A DNA stretch of 64,000 nucleotides from the NCBI GenBank assembly GCA_951406725.2, contig OX597825.1, positions 83,514,001 to 83,578,000 of the forward strand. The letters are read 5' to 3'. The stretch comes from Octopus vulgaris (Eukaryota). The notes beneath the pieces were generated by a model that had not been told where the DNA came from, searched no databases, and saw nothing but the letters and a program-made list of their open reading frames with translations. A program made the translations under genes and the position numbers. Positions 27,580 to 42,629 of this stretch are shown piece after piece. Numbering within the stretch: the first letter of the stretch is position 1; each line of letters begins with the position of its first letter.

Positions 27580-27987
27580 ATACTCTTTTTACTCTTTTAT
27601 TTGTTTCAGTCATTTGACTGCGGCCATGCTGGAGCACCGCCTTTGGTCGAGCAAATCGACCCCGGGACTTATTCTTTGTAAGCCCAGTACTTATTCAATC
27701 GGTCTCTTTTGCCGAACCGCTAAGTGACGGGGACGTAAACACACCAGCATCGGTTGTCAAGCAATGCTAGGGGTACAAACACAGACACACAAACACATAC
27801 ACATACATATATATACATATATACGACACGCTTCTTTCAGTTCCCGTCTACCAAATCCACTCACAAGGCTTTGGTCGGCCCGAGGCTGTAGCAGAAGACA
27901 CTTGCCCAAGATGTCACGCAGTGGGACTGAATCCGGAACCATGTGGTTGGTTAGCAAGCTACTTACCACACAGCCACTGCTGCGCCT
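27580..27987 (-). mobile_element. SINE family B, full length (CORE-like motif)
   Basis: Reverse complement of the 38125-38530 copy: tRNA head, TCTTGGGCAAGTGTC, internal microsatellite, (GTAAAAGA) tail. Confidence 0.92.
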
Positions 27988-28895
27988 ACTTATAGAAGTA
28001 TATTCTTTGGAATATCCACTCACAACTGTAGATAACGTCTATAAACATCGTATCTGTTTGCATTTAGTCAATTTTTACTTTTCAGACTTAATTTCACAAT
28101 GTAATCGGTTTTTGGACAAAACTTGTAACTGAAGGGAGCTACGACCGGGAGAAGAGAAAACATTGTGAAGAAGTTCACCCTAGAAAATTCCTCTAGAGCT
28201 TTTGCAGTTTTTGGTTTATTTTTGTTTTTCAGTTGTACAAATAAAATTGTTCGCTGATTGCATTCCTCCGAACATGCTTTCAATTTGAACGAAAATTGCA
28301 TTCACAATATAGGTATGTGCCTGGGTGCCTTTGTGTCTGTGTGTGTCTCTCTACACAAGCACACACTCTAACCCATATACATTATTTGTATAATTTTCGT
28401 TGTCCATCTGCACACATCCATACACATACAGTAATGTGTTCGTAAATCTAGAAGTCATGTCTAATGCAAAACCATGTATACGCAAATATACATACGCATG
28501 CATAGATAAGGAAGAATGTATATATCTATGTCCCTTCCCACAAAACACTCACTCATTCTCCATACATACATACATACGTACATACATACATACGTACATA
28601 CATACACACATACACACACACACATATTTATATATCAGAACCAATGTGAACGGTCGAATGCACACATACCTATGTCACATAGACATATAAATATGAAGGA
28701 GGAGAAAAACCTGCAAATCAATGTAAAAACTGTGCTTTTATAAGTAAATCGCCATGTGTACATAACGATGAATGCATTACGAAATATAAATATATATATC
28801 ATATTGTCTGTGATATATAGATTGTAAATATTTAAATATACAACCAAACATAATGTGGTGAGTTGGAAGTATTTATCCGATATTATAAATAATGC

Positions 28896-28940
<45 letters not shown>

Positions 28941-30882
28941 CTTAAGGCATATACACACAAAAATATATTTATACATAATACACACACACAAAAAAAAATT
29001 ATAGATGTGTTTATTTTATATGCTCTTATGTGCAAACACATATTCCACATATATTTTGTCGAAATATTTCTGATATAAATATACTGACATATACTATCAA
29101 TTAAAATACACATACGTATACATGAATATGTATATATATGTGTGTGTTTGTCATACATGTACACGTCTGTGTGTGTACACAGATATATATGTGTGTGTTT
29201 GTGTGTGTATGTGTGTGTTTGTGTGTAATCATACTGAAATTCACAAATGAAATACAATAATATACAATTACATGTGTATATATTTTTATGTACCTGCATA
29301 CGTATGTGAATGTGAGTGGGCGCGCGGTGGAAAGGGAGAGAGAGAGAGAGAAGGGGACAGAAGGAGAGTATGTCTGTGCATGTGTAAGAGAAAGAGAGAC
29401 AGAGTGAGATAGAGAAAGAACGAGAGAATTAGCGTAAGTACTTCTCTCTCCACGTATGTTTCCCTTGTCTAAAGCATTATTTTTCATATCATTGTATGTA
29501 CAGTCAGGCACACAATTTTTGTTTCCTTATTTCTTATACTAACGACACAACACAGCCATAGAGTCTATAAAAAATATTCTGTCGTATTGACATTCGAAGA
29601 AAATAATAAACACACTGTTTCTCTCGATAGCGCTCGGAATATTTGCAAAGTAAATATTTATATCTGACAGAAAATGCACGTTTATCTCTTTTCTCCATAT
29701 CTCTTTTTATTGTGTATGACAATTTTGTTAGATTTATTTCTATGCTAAATCTGTGACTGACTGAATTATAACTAAAGCAGTATACCATAATTAAATAAAA
29801 CGGTGGGCTTTTTTTTTGCATATTTTCTCTTCGCTAGAGTTTGAGAGTTACTATAAAAGGATGCGGGCCTGATGCGGTTTAGCAATAATGAACGGCGTCG
29901 CTCAGACACCCAATGGTACAGTTTCTAGACTTGTACAAAATTGCCTGTTTTTTTCCTGTTTGTTACCTATCATGTGGATGCTCCCCGCCCCCGGGTACAA
30001 CTGAGAATAATTGCTACCTCACCGCTCAATGTGTTGATTTGCTAAAATCGGTGTTATGTTTGACCCCTTTCTGAGCAAAACGCTTTCTACTTAACGTCAG
30101 CACACCGGCTGCGTCTTGGCGAAATTTGTTATAAAGTACTACCCATGCCATGTGTCTATTCTACGTGGGATGGAGAGATGCTGAAGTGATTACAGGAAAT
30201 GTGACGAAAGATTTCCAGACGAAGGACATTAAATAGGGACAATGATAAATTTGAACTGAAGAACGAATATGCAGTGCGTGTGTTTATTTTGCAAGAATAA
30301 AGAAAATGAGGAAGAAAAATGACAATACCGAAATATAACAATATCTGTTACTAAGTAATATTGCGGAAATCAGTAAATTAGCGGTTCGGGGCAAAAACCG
30401 ATAAAATAAGTACTAAGCTAACACAGAATAAGTGCTGGGGTCGATTTATTCGACTAATACACTTTAAGGCAGTGCTCCCGCTTGTCCGTAGTCGACTGAC
30501 CGAAACAAGTAAAACATAATAATGTATAAAGAGAATATTTATTGGATTGGCAACTAAAATACCGCCATTTTTCTAAATGGTTTAATAAAGGCTAGGCTTT
30601 ATACATACATACATACATGCATACATATATATATATGTATATATATATATGTACTCTATATACACTCTTGTTTTGAATTCTATTTTGCCTTTTGTATTAC
30701 CACACTTGTGTATATATGTATGTATACGTGTGTGTATGTATATAAATAATTATATATATATATATATACATATATGTATGGATTTAAATATATACGTACG
30801 GATGTCTCTACGCCTATGTATGCATGCATGCATGTTTATATGTATGTATATATATATATATATATATATTTATATGTATGTT

Positions 30883-30929
<47 letters not shown>

Positions 30930-31370
30930 GTATATATGTATGTATGAATGTATGTATATACAAACATGTATGTATGAATGTATACAGCATAAATAAATAC
31001 ACGAATGTCTACTATTTTAATGTCATATATTACATTTTCGGATGCAAATAAAATAATGCCTACTTTAAAGTGAAAGCTGCAAAAATGGAATGAGGATGAT
31101 AAATAACAAAAAAAAAACAATTTGAAAAGCAAAAGCGAACACTTGTTTAGAGTCTATGCTTATATTAACAGTATTTCTCTGCATTTAACGTACAACTTAA
31201 ATTTAGAGCACTTGAGAAGAGGAATTATACTTGATACAAGTGAAGAGAAATGCAATGGAAAAAATATATGATATTATTTTTCTATAACTGAAATATGAGT
31301 AGGTATATATATATATATATACTGTTATATATATATATATATGTATATATATACACACACACACACACAG

Positions 31371-31407
<37 letters not shown>

Positions 31408-32553
31408 GGCGTGTGTGTATGTGTGTGTATGTGTGTGTGTGTGTGTGTTTGTGTGAAACTAAAAGTTGCGTGGCTTAGTAGTGAATGCTTTCTACTTCGA
31501 GCGAACTGCTCTGGGTTCAATTCTGAGCGCAGTTATGATGCGTTGTGTCATTCAGCAATGTCCTACGGGCCTTGATGCCCTAGTATACCTGGCTGCAAAT
31601 GAGTATCCACCGAGGGTCGTTGTAGCTATTTATTTATTTCTAACAGTCACTCCATTGATGTCTCTGTGGTTTGAAGGATAAGTGCGACTAGAGCGAGTCT
31701 ATGAGAGGTTGCCAAATTATTTCACATTCATTGCAAAATCTTCGTATCTATGGCAATGTTACCATTTTATTTCATATAAGCCTTCTTTCCACTGTCTACC
31801 CATTGATATAATCGCCAATATGAATAGGCTGATAAATAGATCGACACATATAAAACGCTGAATATTAAAATGTTACTTTTTTGTTAGTCACAATATTATA
31901 TGATGTTTAAATTTTCCCTCTGCTAATCATTTTATAGTTCTCTACTTTTTTCTCCCACCTCGTACATCAGCAAATTTTGAACCATGTAATTCCACTCTTC
32001 GCGTCTTTATCAACTCTCGTCTTCTTCCTCTTCACCTATTATGTCCACTAACCACGTGACTTTGGATTACATTTCGTCAAAACACTTTTTCTGATTCCAA
32101 TGGAATTGTCTCATCTTTCTCTATCCTCACTTCTTTAACCGCATCACCACTCCACTTCTGCTACACATTGCATTACTATCTCTGTTACACCATGTCTCTC
32201 TCTCTCGCTCTCTTCCATTAACTTTTTAGCTGCGTAGTATCTATTACTTAACCTGACTCATGTCGTAAACTTTCTCCTTTTTCTCTCGCTTTTCGCCCCA
32301 TCTTTCAACTAACAATTACATGGGAACGTAACGCATAGAGTCTGGGTCCATTAATATATAGATTCATGACTGAAGTTTTGCTATAATAAATTTTATTTAA
32401 TTCAATTTAATTAAATCTACTTTAATTTCTCAAATTGAACTAATTAGGCATGGAAACAATTGTAGGTGCCAAGTGTTTCTTTTCGTTTGGAATTAAATAT
32501 GTTCTAATAAATTGATGTCTATATCTCAATCCCTCCGTTTTCTTTTCTGATAC

Positions 32554-32608
<55 letters not shown>

Positions 32609-32696
32609 ATATATATATACAAATATAAATATATACATATACATACATATATATGTATATATATATATTTATACATATATACATATATATATATGT

Positions 32697-32735
<39 letters not shown>

Positions 32736-32747
32736 CTATCTATCTAT

Positions 32748-32951
<204 letters not shown>

Positions 32952-33197
32952 TATATGTGTATGTGTCTGATTATATATGTTTCAGTATGTAAATGGCTTG
33001 CGCATTTGAATGGCCAAATCTATAGTTGGAACGGCTAATGCCATATTGACGACTCCATTAACTCTAAGCTCGATTGAGGATTGTAATTCCTTCACATTGG
33101 CATCTATGGTTCAGGCAACGTGTTTAGAATGATACTCCACGTTTTACCAGTCAATAGGCGCAGTCGTGAATATGTCAAGGATTATCCTGCAAATGAA

Positions 33198-33228
<31 letters not shown>

Positions 33229-33285
33229 ATAGATAATCTGCTGTCTCATTATTGATCAAGCAATATGGCCTGTGTGGCAAATGAT

Positions 33286-33775
<490 letters not shown>

Positions 33776-34485
33776 GTCTTGAGGATTATAGTAACAGTGG
33801 CAAAACAAAAAATACAGAAAAGGCAGAACCAGAATTCTCAAGATAGAAATAGTAATTAAATGAATTTTTCCGGCCATTCTGCTACAAAAAATATGCTTTT
33901 CTAAAATACTAAATATTCCAGTCGAACATCAGTGGTTTGTGGATTCTCAGCTGATTGAAAGCCTGGTTTCAAGTAACTCTCAGATTGGTCTACTTTGACC
34001 AATAATGTTACAGTCAATATGGACCGTGGACCAGAAAAAAGCTGGATGCCGTTCCGAGACGTAACGAACTTTTAGGGGTTCGGCGTCGAGGCATATTTAT
34101 GCCCTTTTACTGTCGTTATTATTGTTTGTGTAGGAGACCACAGCCAATGTTCCTTACAATGGTCTCATGCACCAGAAACTAAACTTTATATTGTCATTGT
34201 TGAAAGATTAGTAGAATCAAATGCTCGTGAGGCCCATTCTGAGCCTATCTAGCGTGTAGACGTTGGATCTTCTTGATATTCCGCCATATTTCCTCCCATA
34301 TCGTCTAACTCTGCTGAGCGTAATTATATAATTGGATTGTTACCTAACACTCCAGTGTATGTTTTCATGAAACCGATTGGTAAGACCAGCAGTGATGGAT
34401 ACTTAATGCAACAAAATTCGAATAATATACCACTCTACTAACAGAATATGCGTACAACTTCTCTCTGACTTATAGTCTCTTAGGC

Positions 34486-34531
<46 letters not shown>

Positions 34532-34535
<4 letters not shown>

Positions 34536-34671
34536 AGAGAGTTCATGAAAAAAAACAAAAGACGAAGACAGGTGGTGTATAAAAACAAACAGGTGTATCA
34601 TTATAACGCTCAGGAATTGAAAAAGTGTTTTATGTTTCGAGCCTACGCAGAAATAAACAAGGAGAAAAAAA

Positions 34672-34678
<7 letters not shown>
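34532..34678 (-). mobile_element. Penelope-like terminal repeat fragment between (TA)n tracts
   Basis: AAGACGAAGACAGGTGGTGTA...TATAACGCTCAGGAATTGAAAAAGT...TTTCGAGCCTACGC matches 47520-47660; ribozyme core deleted. Confidence 0.7.
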
Positions 34679-34767
<89 letters not shown>

Positions 34768-35544
34768 TATACACCCGTATGTATGTATATGTATATAAAC
34801 GTATATACGTATATGCGCATGTACATGTATACACTCACACACAAACATACAGAGTCAAGTTCACAATTTAAAGCAAACACTATCGTTTTTTTTCTGTCAA
34901 ATGTAACACGTAAACATATCTTCGTGTAAGTCCTTAAAAATAGATTCTATTCCATGACGTATGTCATTTGTTTAATTAATACAGACTTTTTCCAAATAAT
35001 ATAAAAACAATCTTTTAAATGTACTTGAATTAGTAAAATACTTTTATTTCAGATTTCAGATATTTACATTATTTTTTAGGTGTTTTCGTTGTTTTGTTGG
35101 ATTACAATCTATTTGGTTTTTTTTCGTCTTTTCTTACATATCTTTTAGCCTAAGGTTTAACGCTATTTCTTGTTGATGTTGATGGTGCTGTTGCTGCTAT
35201 TGTTTTTTTATCGCTCTGTTTGCTACATAAGACTGAAATTAAAATGCAAGAATCTTCACAAGCAGATGCTAATTTCGTGTTTCTATGAAACGTTTTGTTG
35301 TTCCAACAAAAGTAACAACAACAACAACAACAACCACCACCACCAACAACAACAACAACAGCAACAACAACAACGGCGTGTCACCAAAATTCATTAATAC
35401 TATTGTAGTTCCGGGTCTTTACATTTCGTGTTCGAATACTGCCAAAGGCAGCTTCCTTTTTATCATTTCGCGGTTGATAAAACAAAGTACGATACAAGTA
35501 CTGAGGTATATTTAATCAAGCAACCCCGTCCCTTCATCCAAAAT

Positions 35545-35800
35545 TTGCTTGCTTGCTTCATGTTCTTGCATGAGAAGTCAAAGGCCACCACAAGTTAATG
35601 GCCCCAGTGACGTCACTGTGCGTAGAAGCCACCAGGTCCACCAGTGTTCGCAAGTGTTGGTGGTCCCCTACCAGCCCCTCTGCTTCCTACAGGATGACAT
35701 CGAGCCTCTGCAGGTCTTCCTTAATCACTGCCAGCCATCTGATGCGTGGCCCACCACGGAACACATTCCCAAATTCAGATTTTGCATCGAATAACCCTGA
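35545..35800 (-). pseudogene. RTE-clade LINE 3' end
   Basis: RGGPRIRWLAVIKEDLQRLDVIL*EAEGLVGDHQHLRTLVDLVASTH is the typical RTE C-terminus; (AAGC)n tail at 35545-35559. Confidence 0.85.
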
Positions 35801-36013
35801 AAGCATGATCTGGCATGGGTTGGGGGACCTGTCCGTACCAACTCCATTAACCATAATGTGTTTTATTCTTTTATACTCTAGGTATAAGACATAAATTTTT
35901 GGTAGAGGGTGGGGCAGTCGATTACATCGACCTCAGTACGCAACTATTACTTAATTTATCGACATTTAATTTATGCCGGCGCGCTAAAGTTTCTGCCAGC
36001 TTACCGCTTTAGA

Positions 36014-36801
36014 CTATTTTCTTTATTGGCCTCAGCGGGGTAATCATAGAAGAGACAAACAAGGCAAGACAAAGAGATTAAGTCGATTACATGAACCCCA
36101 GTAAGCAACTGGTGTTTAATTTATTGACCCCGAAAGGATGGAATACAAAGTCGAACTCGGCAGTATTTGAACTCAGAACCATAAAGACAGAAGAAATACC
36201 TATTTCTTTACTGCTAATAAGGGGATACACACAGAGGGGACAAACAAAGACAGACAAACGGATTAAGTCGATCATATCGACCCCAGTGCGTAACTGGTAC
36301 TTATTTAATCGATCCCGAAAGGATGAAAGGTAAAGTCGACCTCGGTGGAATTTGAACTCAGAACGTAGCGGCAGACGAAATACCTATTTCTTTACTACCC
36401 ACAAGGGATTAAACACAGAGAGGACAAACAAGGACAGGCAAACGGATTAAGTCGATTACATCGACCCTACTTCGTTACTGGTACTTATTTAATCGACCCC
36501 GAAATGATGAAAGGCAAAGTCGACCTCGGCGGAATTTGAACTCAGAGCGTAACGGCAGAAGAAATACCTATTTCTTTATTACCCACAAGGGGCTAAACAT
36601 AGAGGGGACAAACAAGGACAGACATAGGTATTAAGTCGATTACATCGACCCCAGTGCGTAACTGGTACTTAATTTATCGACCCCAAAAGGATGAAAGACA
36701 AAGTCGACCTCGGCGGAATTTGAACTCACAACGTAACGGCAGAAGAAATACCGCTAAGCATTTCGTCCGGCGTGCTAACGTTTCTGCCAGCTCACCGCCT
36801 T
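36014..36801 (-). mobile_element. Tandem tetramer of SINE family A (one head plus ~185-bp body units)
   Basis: Unit boundaries CTATTTCTTTA at ~36014, ~36200, ~36384, ~36568; single head at 36745-36801. Confidence 0.93.
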
Positions 36802-37147
36802 CACAATGTCTTTTATTAAACGGAAAACATCCGATGTGAGGAACATTTGGCTGTTATTTCTGATACAGCAAGAGATTATGTAGAAGCTCCATCGTTAAAG
36901 ATCTCAGTTACACCGATTAATTATATTGTAAGAAAGGTAAATCATAATACATACGCACACAAAAAACAAAATCGATAAATGCAGACGGCAAAACAACGAA
37001 AGCCTACTCTAGTTATGATGTATGACACTTCATTTGTTTAAAGTATTGAGCTGAGTATATGTACATGTATACACCGGTGTGTGTGTGTATGTGTATGTGC
37101 GTGTATGTGAGTGTGTATAATTGGGTGTATATATACATACAAATATG

Positions 37148-37213
<66 letters not shown>

Positions 37214-37413
37214 ATGTATGTATGTGTGTATACATCTATGTATATATGTAAAAGTAAAAAAAAATATACAAACTGGGACAAGAACATGTATATATATACA
37301 TAGAGAAATAGAGAAAGAGAGACTTTTTCTTTGTCTTAACTACAATTGTAAAAACAATTAATTTTACCTCTGAATATCAAAGAATTTCTTTTGCGATGTC
37401 TTAATCTTAAAAA

Positions 37414-37498
<85 letters not shown>

Positions 37499-37813
37499 TC
37501 CATGTACATGTGTGTGTGTGTGTGAACACAGGGGTGCAACCGCAAGTATGCACTTATGAAAATCTGAACGTACAATACTCATTTATTATTATTAAAAAAA
37601 AATGAAACGTTAGCCTCATTTTTGATATTTTCAGTGTCATTAATCATAATAATACATTTATCATAACTAAATACTTTTCAGGAAACTTTTAATTTTTTGA
37701 AATAAATATTCGAGTATAGTACGTGTTTTCTCTTATTATAAGTACATTTGCACACCACTACTGATATATACACATATATATATATACATATGCATAGGTA
37801 TGTATACATATAT

Positions 37814-37845
<32 letters not shown>

Positions 37846-38032
37846 ATATATGTATATATAAATATATATGTATAAATATATATATATATATACATATATA
37901 AATACATATATAAATACATATATAAATGTATACATATATATGATAATTAATAAAAAAGGGTAATTAAAAATAAATCCATTACCAGTGGCCTGGCGTGCGA
38001 AATTTTTGTCAGTAATACATAGTGCATACATA

Positions 38033-38093
<61 letters not shown>

Positions 38094-38124
38094 TTATATA
38101 TATATATATATAAATATATATATA

Positions 38125-38530
38125 GACGCAGGAGTGGCTGTGTGGTAACTAGCTTGTTTACCAACCACATGGTTCCGGGTTCATCCCACTGAGTGGCACC
38201 TTCGGCAAGTGTCTTCTACTATAGCCTCGGGCCGACCATAGCTTTGTGAGTGGATTTGGTAGACAGAAACTGAAAGAAGCCCGTCGTATATATATATATA
38301 CATGTACGTGCGTGTATGTTTGTGTGTCTGTGTTTGTCCCCCTAGCATTGCTTGACAGCCGATGCTGGTGTGTTTATGTCCCCGTTACTTAGTGGTTCGG
38401 CAAAAGAGGCTGATAGAATAACTACTGGGCTTACAAAGAATAAGTCCCGGGTTGCTTGATTAAAGGCGGTGCACCAGCATGGCCGCAGTCAAAATGACTG
38501 AAACAAGTAAAAAGAAAAAAAAAAGAGAAA
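38125..38530 (+). mobile_element. SINE family B, full length
   Basis: GCAGGAGTGGCTGTGTGGTAA (A-box), GGGTTCATCCC (B-box-like), CACCTTCGGCAAGTGTC, 3' CAGCATGGCCGCAGTCAAAATGACTGAAAC. Confidence 0.92.
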
Positions 38531-38672
38531 ATGTATGTATATATAAATATATATATATACATATATATACATATGTATATATATATATAAATATATATGT
38601 ATACATATATATATGTATATATATATGTATATGTATATATATCTATATCTATATATATATATATATATATAT

Positions 38673-38855
38673 GTAGGTCCCGGGTTGAGTCGGGGTTAAC
38701 CACAGTAAATGAGGTACTCAATACATAGCAGAGTAAATTTATTTTATAGAAGAAGCTTCTACAGGACTAGAACTGTTTCATTCAAATGACATCATCAGGA
38801 AGCTTGGTGTGATTTCATTTGAATGAAACAGTTCTAGTCCTGTAGAAGCTCCTTC

Positions 38856-38862
<7 letters not shown>
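38673..38862 (-). mobile_element. Penelope-like terminus with hammerhead fold (38754-38804) and a short inverted partial copy
   Basis: Reverse complement of 51768-51903; 38743-38790 is mirrored at 38812-38862; (TA)n on both sides. Confidence 0.8.
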
Positions 38863-38928
<66 letters not shown>

Positions 38929-39072
38929 ATACAAACATTAGATATATATATGTATATATAATATATACATATGTATATGTATATATATATAAGAAAGTAA
39001 AGGTGTAAGGTACCGCACGAGTGGAATTATATATGAAAGAAGGTTTGAAAATGCAACTTTAAAAGATGCTTA

Positions 39073-39120
39073 TTCACTTGACCGGTTTCTCTTTTTTAGG
39101 AAACGATTGTCAAAAGTAAA
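39073..39120 (-). ncRNA. Minimal type I hammerhead fold, U3-A8 variant
   Basis: UUUACUU-UUGACAA-UCGUUU(CCUAA)AAAAGA-GAAA-CCGG-UC^AAGUGAA. 7-bp stem I, palindromic ACCGGU stem III, GUC triplet. Confidence 0.6.
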
Positions 39121-39429
39121 ATGTAAAAGCTTCGTTGCGTTAGGTACTGGTTGCCACAAAACATTACAATACATATATACATTCTTTGATAATAATAAGA
39201 GAATGTTAAAAACAGTTAACAGAAAAACAATCTTGATAAATTATTAGAAAGTTCATAAAAATTATTAGGATTTCATTAGAAATCATGTTTGTTTGGAAGT
39301 ATCTATATATATAAACACAGAAGGAGATATATTTAGTTTTCAAAGAATTTGGGATGAACTACCCTGTTTCACCATTTTATCTTAACATGGTGAAACAGCT
39401 GTGTATATATATATATACATATATATATA

Positions 39430-39645
39430 GTTAATCCAAACATGAAAAGACCAAGAGGAAACACAACAACGCGAGGACATGGAACAAATATAGTATTATT
39501 GGACACTCAAGAAAGAAGGGAAGAAGGAGGGTTTCGCGTTTCGAGCGGAGCTCTTCGTCAGAAACATAGGAAAAGGAAAGAGCCAGAGAAGGGAAGACGG
39601 AGGAAAAAAAATCGCCAACGCTACACACGTGGTCACATTTTGAAT
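39430..39645 (-). mobile_element. Penelope-like terminal repeat with inactivated minimal hammerhead (39531-39565)
   Basis: GUUU-CUGACGA-A-GAGC(UCC)GCUC-GAAA-CG-CG-AAAC. Core and stems I/II are present but the UH site reads CG; flanked by (TA)n. Confidence 0.65.
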
Positions 39646-39663
39646 ATATATATATATATACAG

Positions 39664-39804
<141 letters not shown>

Positions 39805-39872
39805 CACACACACATATATATATACATATATACCACACACACATACACACAACGCATACACACACACACACG

Positions 39873-39926
<54 letters not shown>

Positions 39927-41784
39927 AATCTACAAAGGTCATGTCACTGCAATACTACGTAAGTGCTGCATTAAGATATTGACGAGGCCGACCCTTTGCC
40001 TTTCATCCTTTCGGGTTTGATAACATAAATTCCAATTGAGTACTGGGGATTGATGTAACCGACTTACCCCCTCATCCGAAATTTCTTCCAAAATTTGAAA
40101 CCGACACCAAGTAAAAGCCATCTGGCAGAGAATTGACAGAATCAGTAGAACGCCGGACAGAACGCTCCAATGCATTTATTCTCTGCGTTATGAGTTCCTA
40201 ACCCTTAGAGGTAAGATTTCTCTTTCATCTATTTGGGGTCCCCCAAAATGTACCCGTCCATACCGGTATGGAACTCGAGAACATAAAACCAAATACCTAG
40301 CGATATCTATTTAGAGATTTTTGCGTTCGTGTTTCAAATCTTAATATCATCAGCTGGTTTCTCTGGGAACTTTAGCAAAGTAAACTACATTGGAATCAGA
40401 CATACCAGGTTTCAAATTTAAGCACATCCCTGCTCTCAACCTACGAAACTCAGTGACAGATCATAAAAATGATAGAAATTCCCCTCCTGACTAAAAGGTA
40501 ATACAAAGTATCAGAAACCAGCCTCGGTTACAAGTTTTCAAATAATGCGTTCAGCTAGAAAGAAAGTTATCCTTCTTATCTTTCAAAAAAGGCCTCCTTT
40601 TCAAGAACAATGTCGTTTACGTCCACCTTTCGAAGGCCAAAGTACACCGACGGAATAAGGTTATATGCTTATTCACTGTCTGCACTCTTTATGCCAAGAA
40701 ACCAAGAAAACTTGAGGTGGTTGTAAGAAATAGAAGTAAATTCTTCCGCAAATCGCACGCTCCCGTCTCGCAGAAACGAAGGAAAGAGTGGATTATTTTG
40801 TCCCTAATATAAAAAATGCAGATGTGGCTTAAGATCGAGACACAAAAAACATAAATAATTGCTCATTCTAATAGATGTGGCCGAATGAGGTTATAATATG
40901 AAAAATGTGGTACACAGAAATCACTATTAGCATCCATATTGTTTGGTATTTATTTTGAAACAAATGGCATGTTTCCACAGTAAATTATATTTAAATATGA
41001 AACATATGTTTTGTACATACGTACACAGAAACAAATACAGACGCACACATACTCAGGAATTAACACACAGACAGACACCTATACATATACACACTGCATT
41101 CTTCAATATGTAAGCCTTATGAAAAGAAGTCGTTGCTAAATCTTCTTATACATTCGGAAATGACATGACGTGAGTAAAATTCAGTGAAGAAGGAGGTTAT
41201 TCAAGAGGAAAGATAAAATAATATGCGCAGTGTTTTAGTAGAGCAGCTTAGATTCCTTCCCATTAAGATTCACCAAATAATATAAGCGTTCTTCTTGATG
41301 CAGTTCACAACACGAAAGAAAATAGATATTTCTTAATTCTTCCACCAGCCTTTGTCTTTTCTCTGGTATGTGTGTGCTTTTCTTTTTTCTTCAGAATAAT
41401 ACAAAACATATATATTGATGTTGTCTTATATTGGTGCAGCATTGATTTCTGGTATAATTCCTCAATTGCCGCCAATTTACGCTATAAAGCTATTCTCATA
41501 GATCGAATTTATAATTTTGCTTTAATTTTTTTTCTTTTCGCTTTTTACGTCGTGGTTACGAAAATTCTTCTCAACTTACTTGAAATTGGGGTCTGAACTT
41601 TCCAAGACTGGTGATTCTTAATTATGGCGGTCATCTTAGAACAGAACTATTGCATAGGGACTTTTGAATCACCTGTTTTTTTAGGGGTTTATTACTAGTA
41701 TTGGCACGTCCCACTTTCACCACCTAATGATGTCATTTTTAATTCAAATTCTATGTGATACATCGTGTTCTATATAAATATATA

Positions 41785-41918
41785 TGTTCCGGGTTTCGAG
41801 TTCAATCCCACTGCGTGGCACCTTGGGCAACTGTTTTCTACTATAGCCTCGGGCCTACCAAAGCCTTGTGAGTGGATTTGGTAGACGGAAACTGAAAGAG
41901 GCCCGTCGTATATATGTA

Positions 41919-41960
<42 letters not shown>

Positions 41961-42185
41961 TGTGTGTGTGTGTGTGTGTATGTATGTGTGTCTGTGTTTC
42001 TCCCCCAACATCGCTTGAGAACTGATGCTGGTGTGTTTACGTCCCCGTAACTTAGCGGTTCGGAAAATATGACAGATAGAATAAGTACAAGGCTTACAAA
42101 GAATAAGTCCTAGGGTCGATTTTCACGACTAAAGACGGTGCTCCAGCATGGCCGCTGTCAAATGACTGAAACAAGTAAAAGAGAG
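41785..42185 (+). mobile_element. SINE family B
   Basis: GAGTTCAATCCCACTGCGTGGCACCTTGGGCAA...CCAGCATGGCCGCTGTCAAATGACTGAAACAAG. Confidence 0.9.
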
Positions 42186-42571
42186 AAAAATGTGTGAGAG
42201 TATGGGTGTGTGGTGTATATGTATGTTTATGTTTATATATATACATACATATATGCATACTTGGTGCAACTTTATGCACGTTCTCTGTCGCGAGGACGTT
42301 TTGTATCAAGTTCCGCGGATTATGTTTCCAGCAACGACTTCACTGAAGAACCACGGATGATCACATCAGTGATCATTGATAGCGAAATCTTCAGGTATGG
42401 AGGTAGTTGTTCTATTTTGTCTCCTTCCTATTTTGTCTCCTATTTGTCTTGGTCGCATACATATTGTTCGTGGCAAGGCGATATGGCGTCGTCTTCTAGT
42501 ATATTAGAAATCCACCTAGATTGCTATTCCTCTTATTTATATATGCATATATAGACATACATACATATATA

Positions 42572-42629
<58 letters not shown>

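Noticed and set aside
36014-36801. Regularly spaced repeats resembling a CRISPR array
   Set aside because: Whole ~185-bp units repeat with no unique spacers; eukaryotic SINE multimer, no cas genes.
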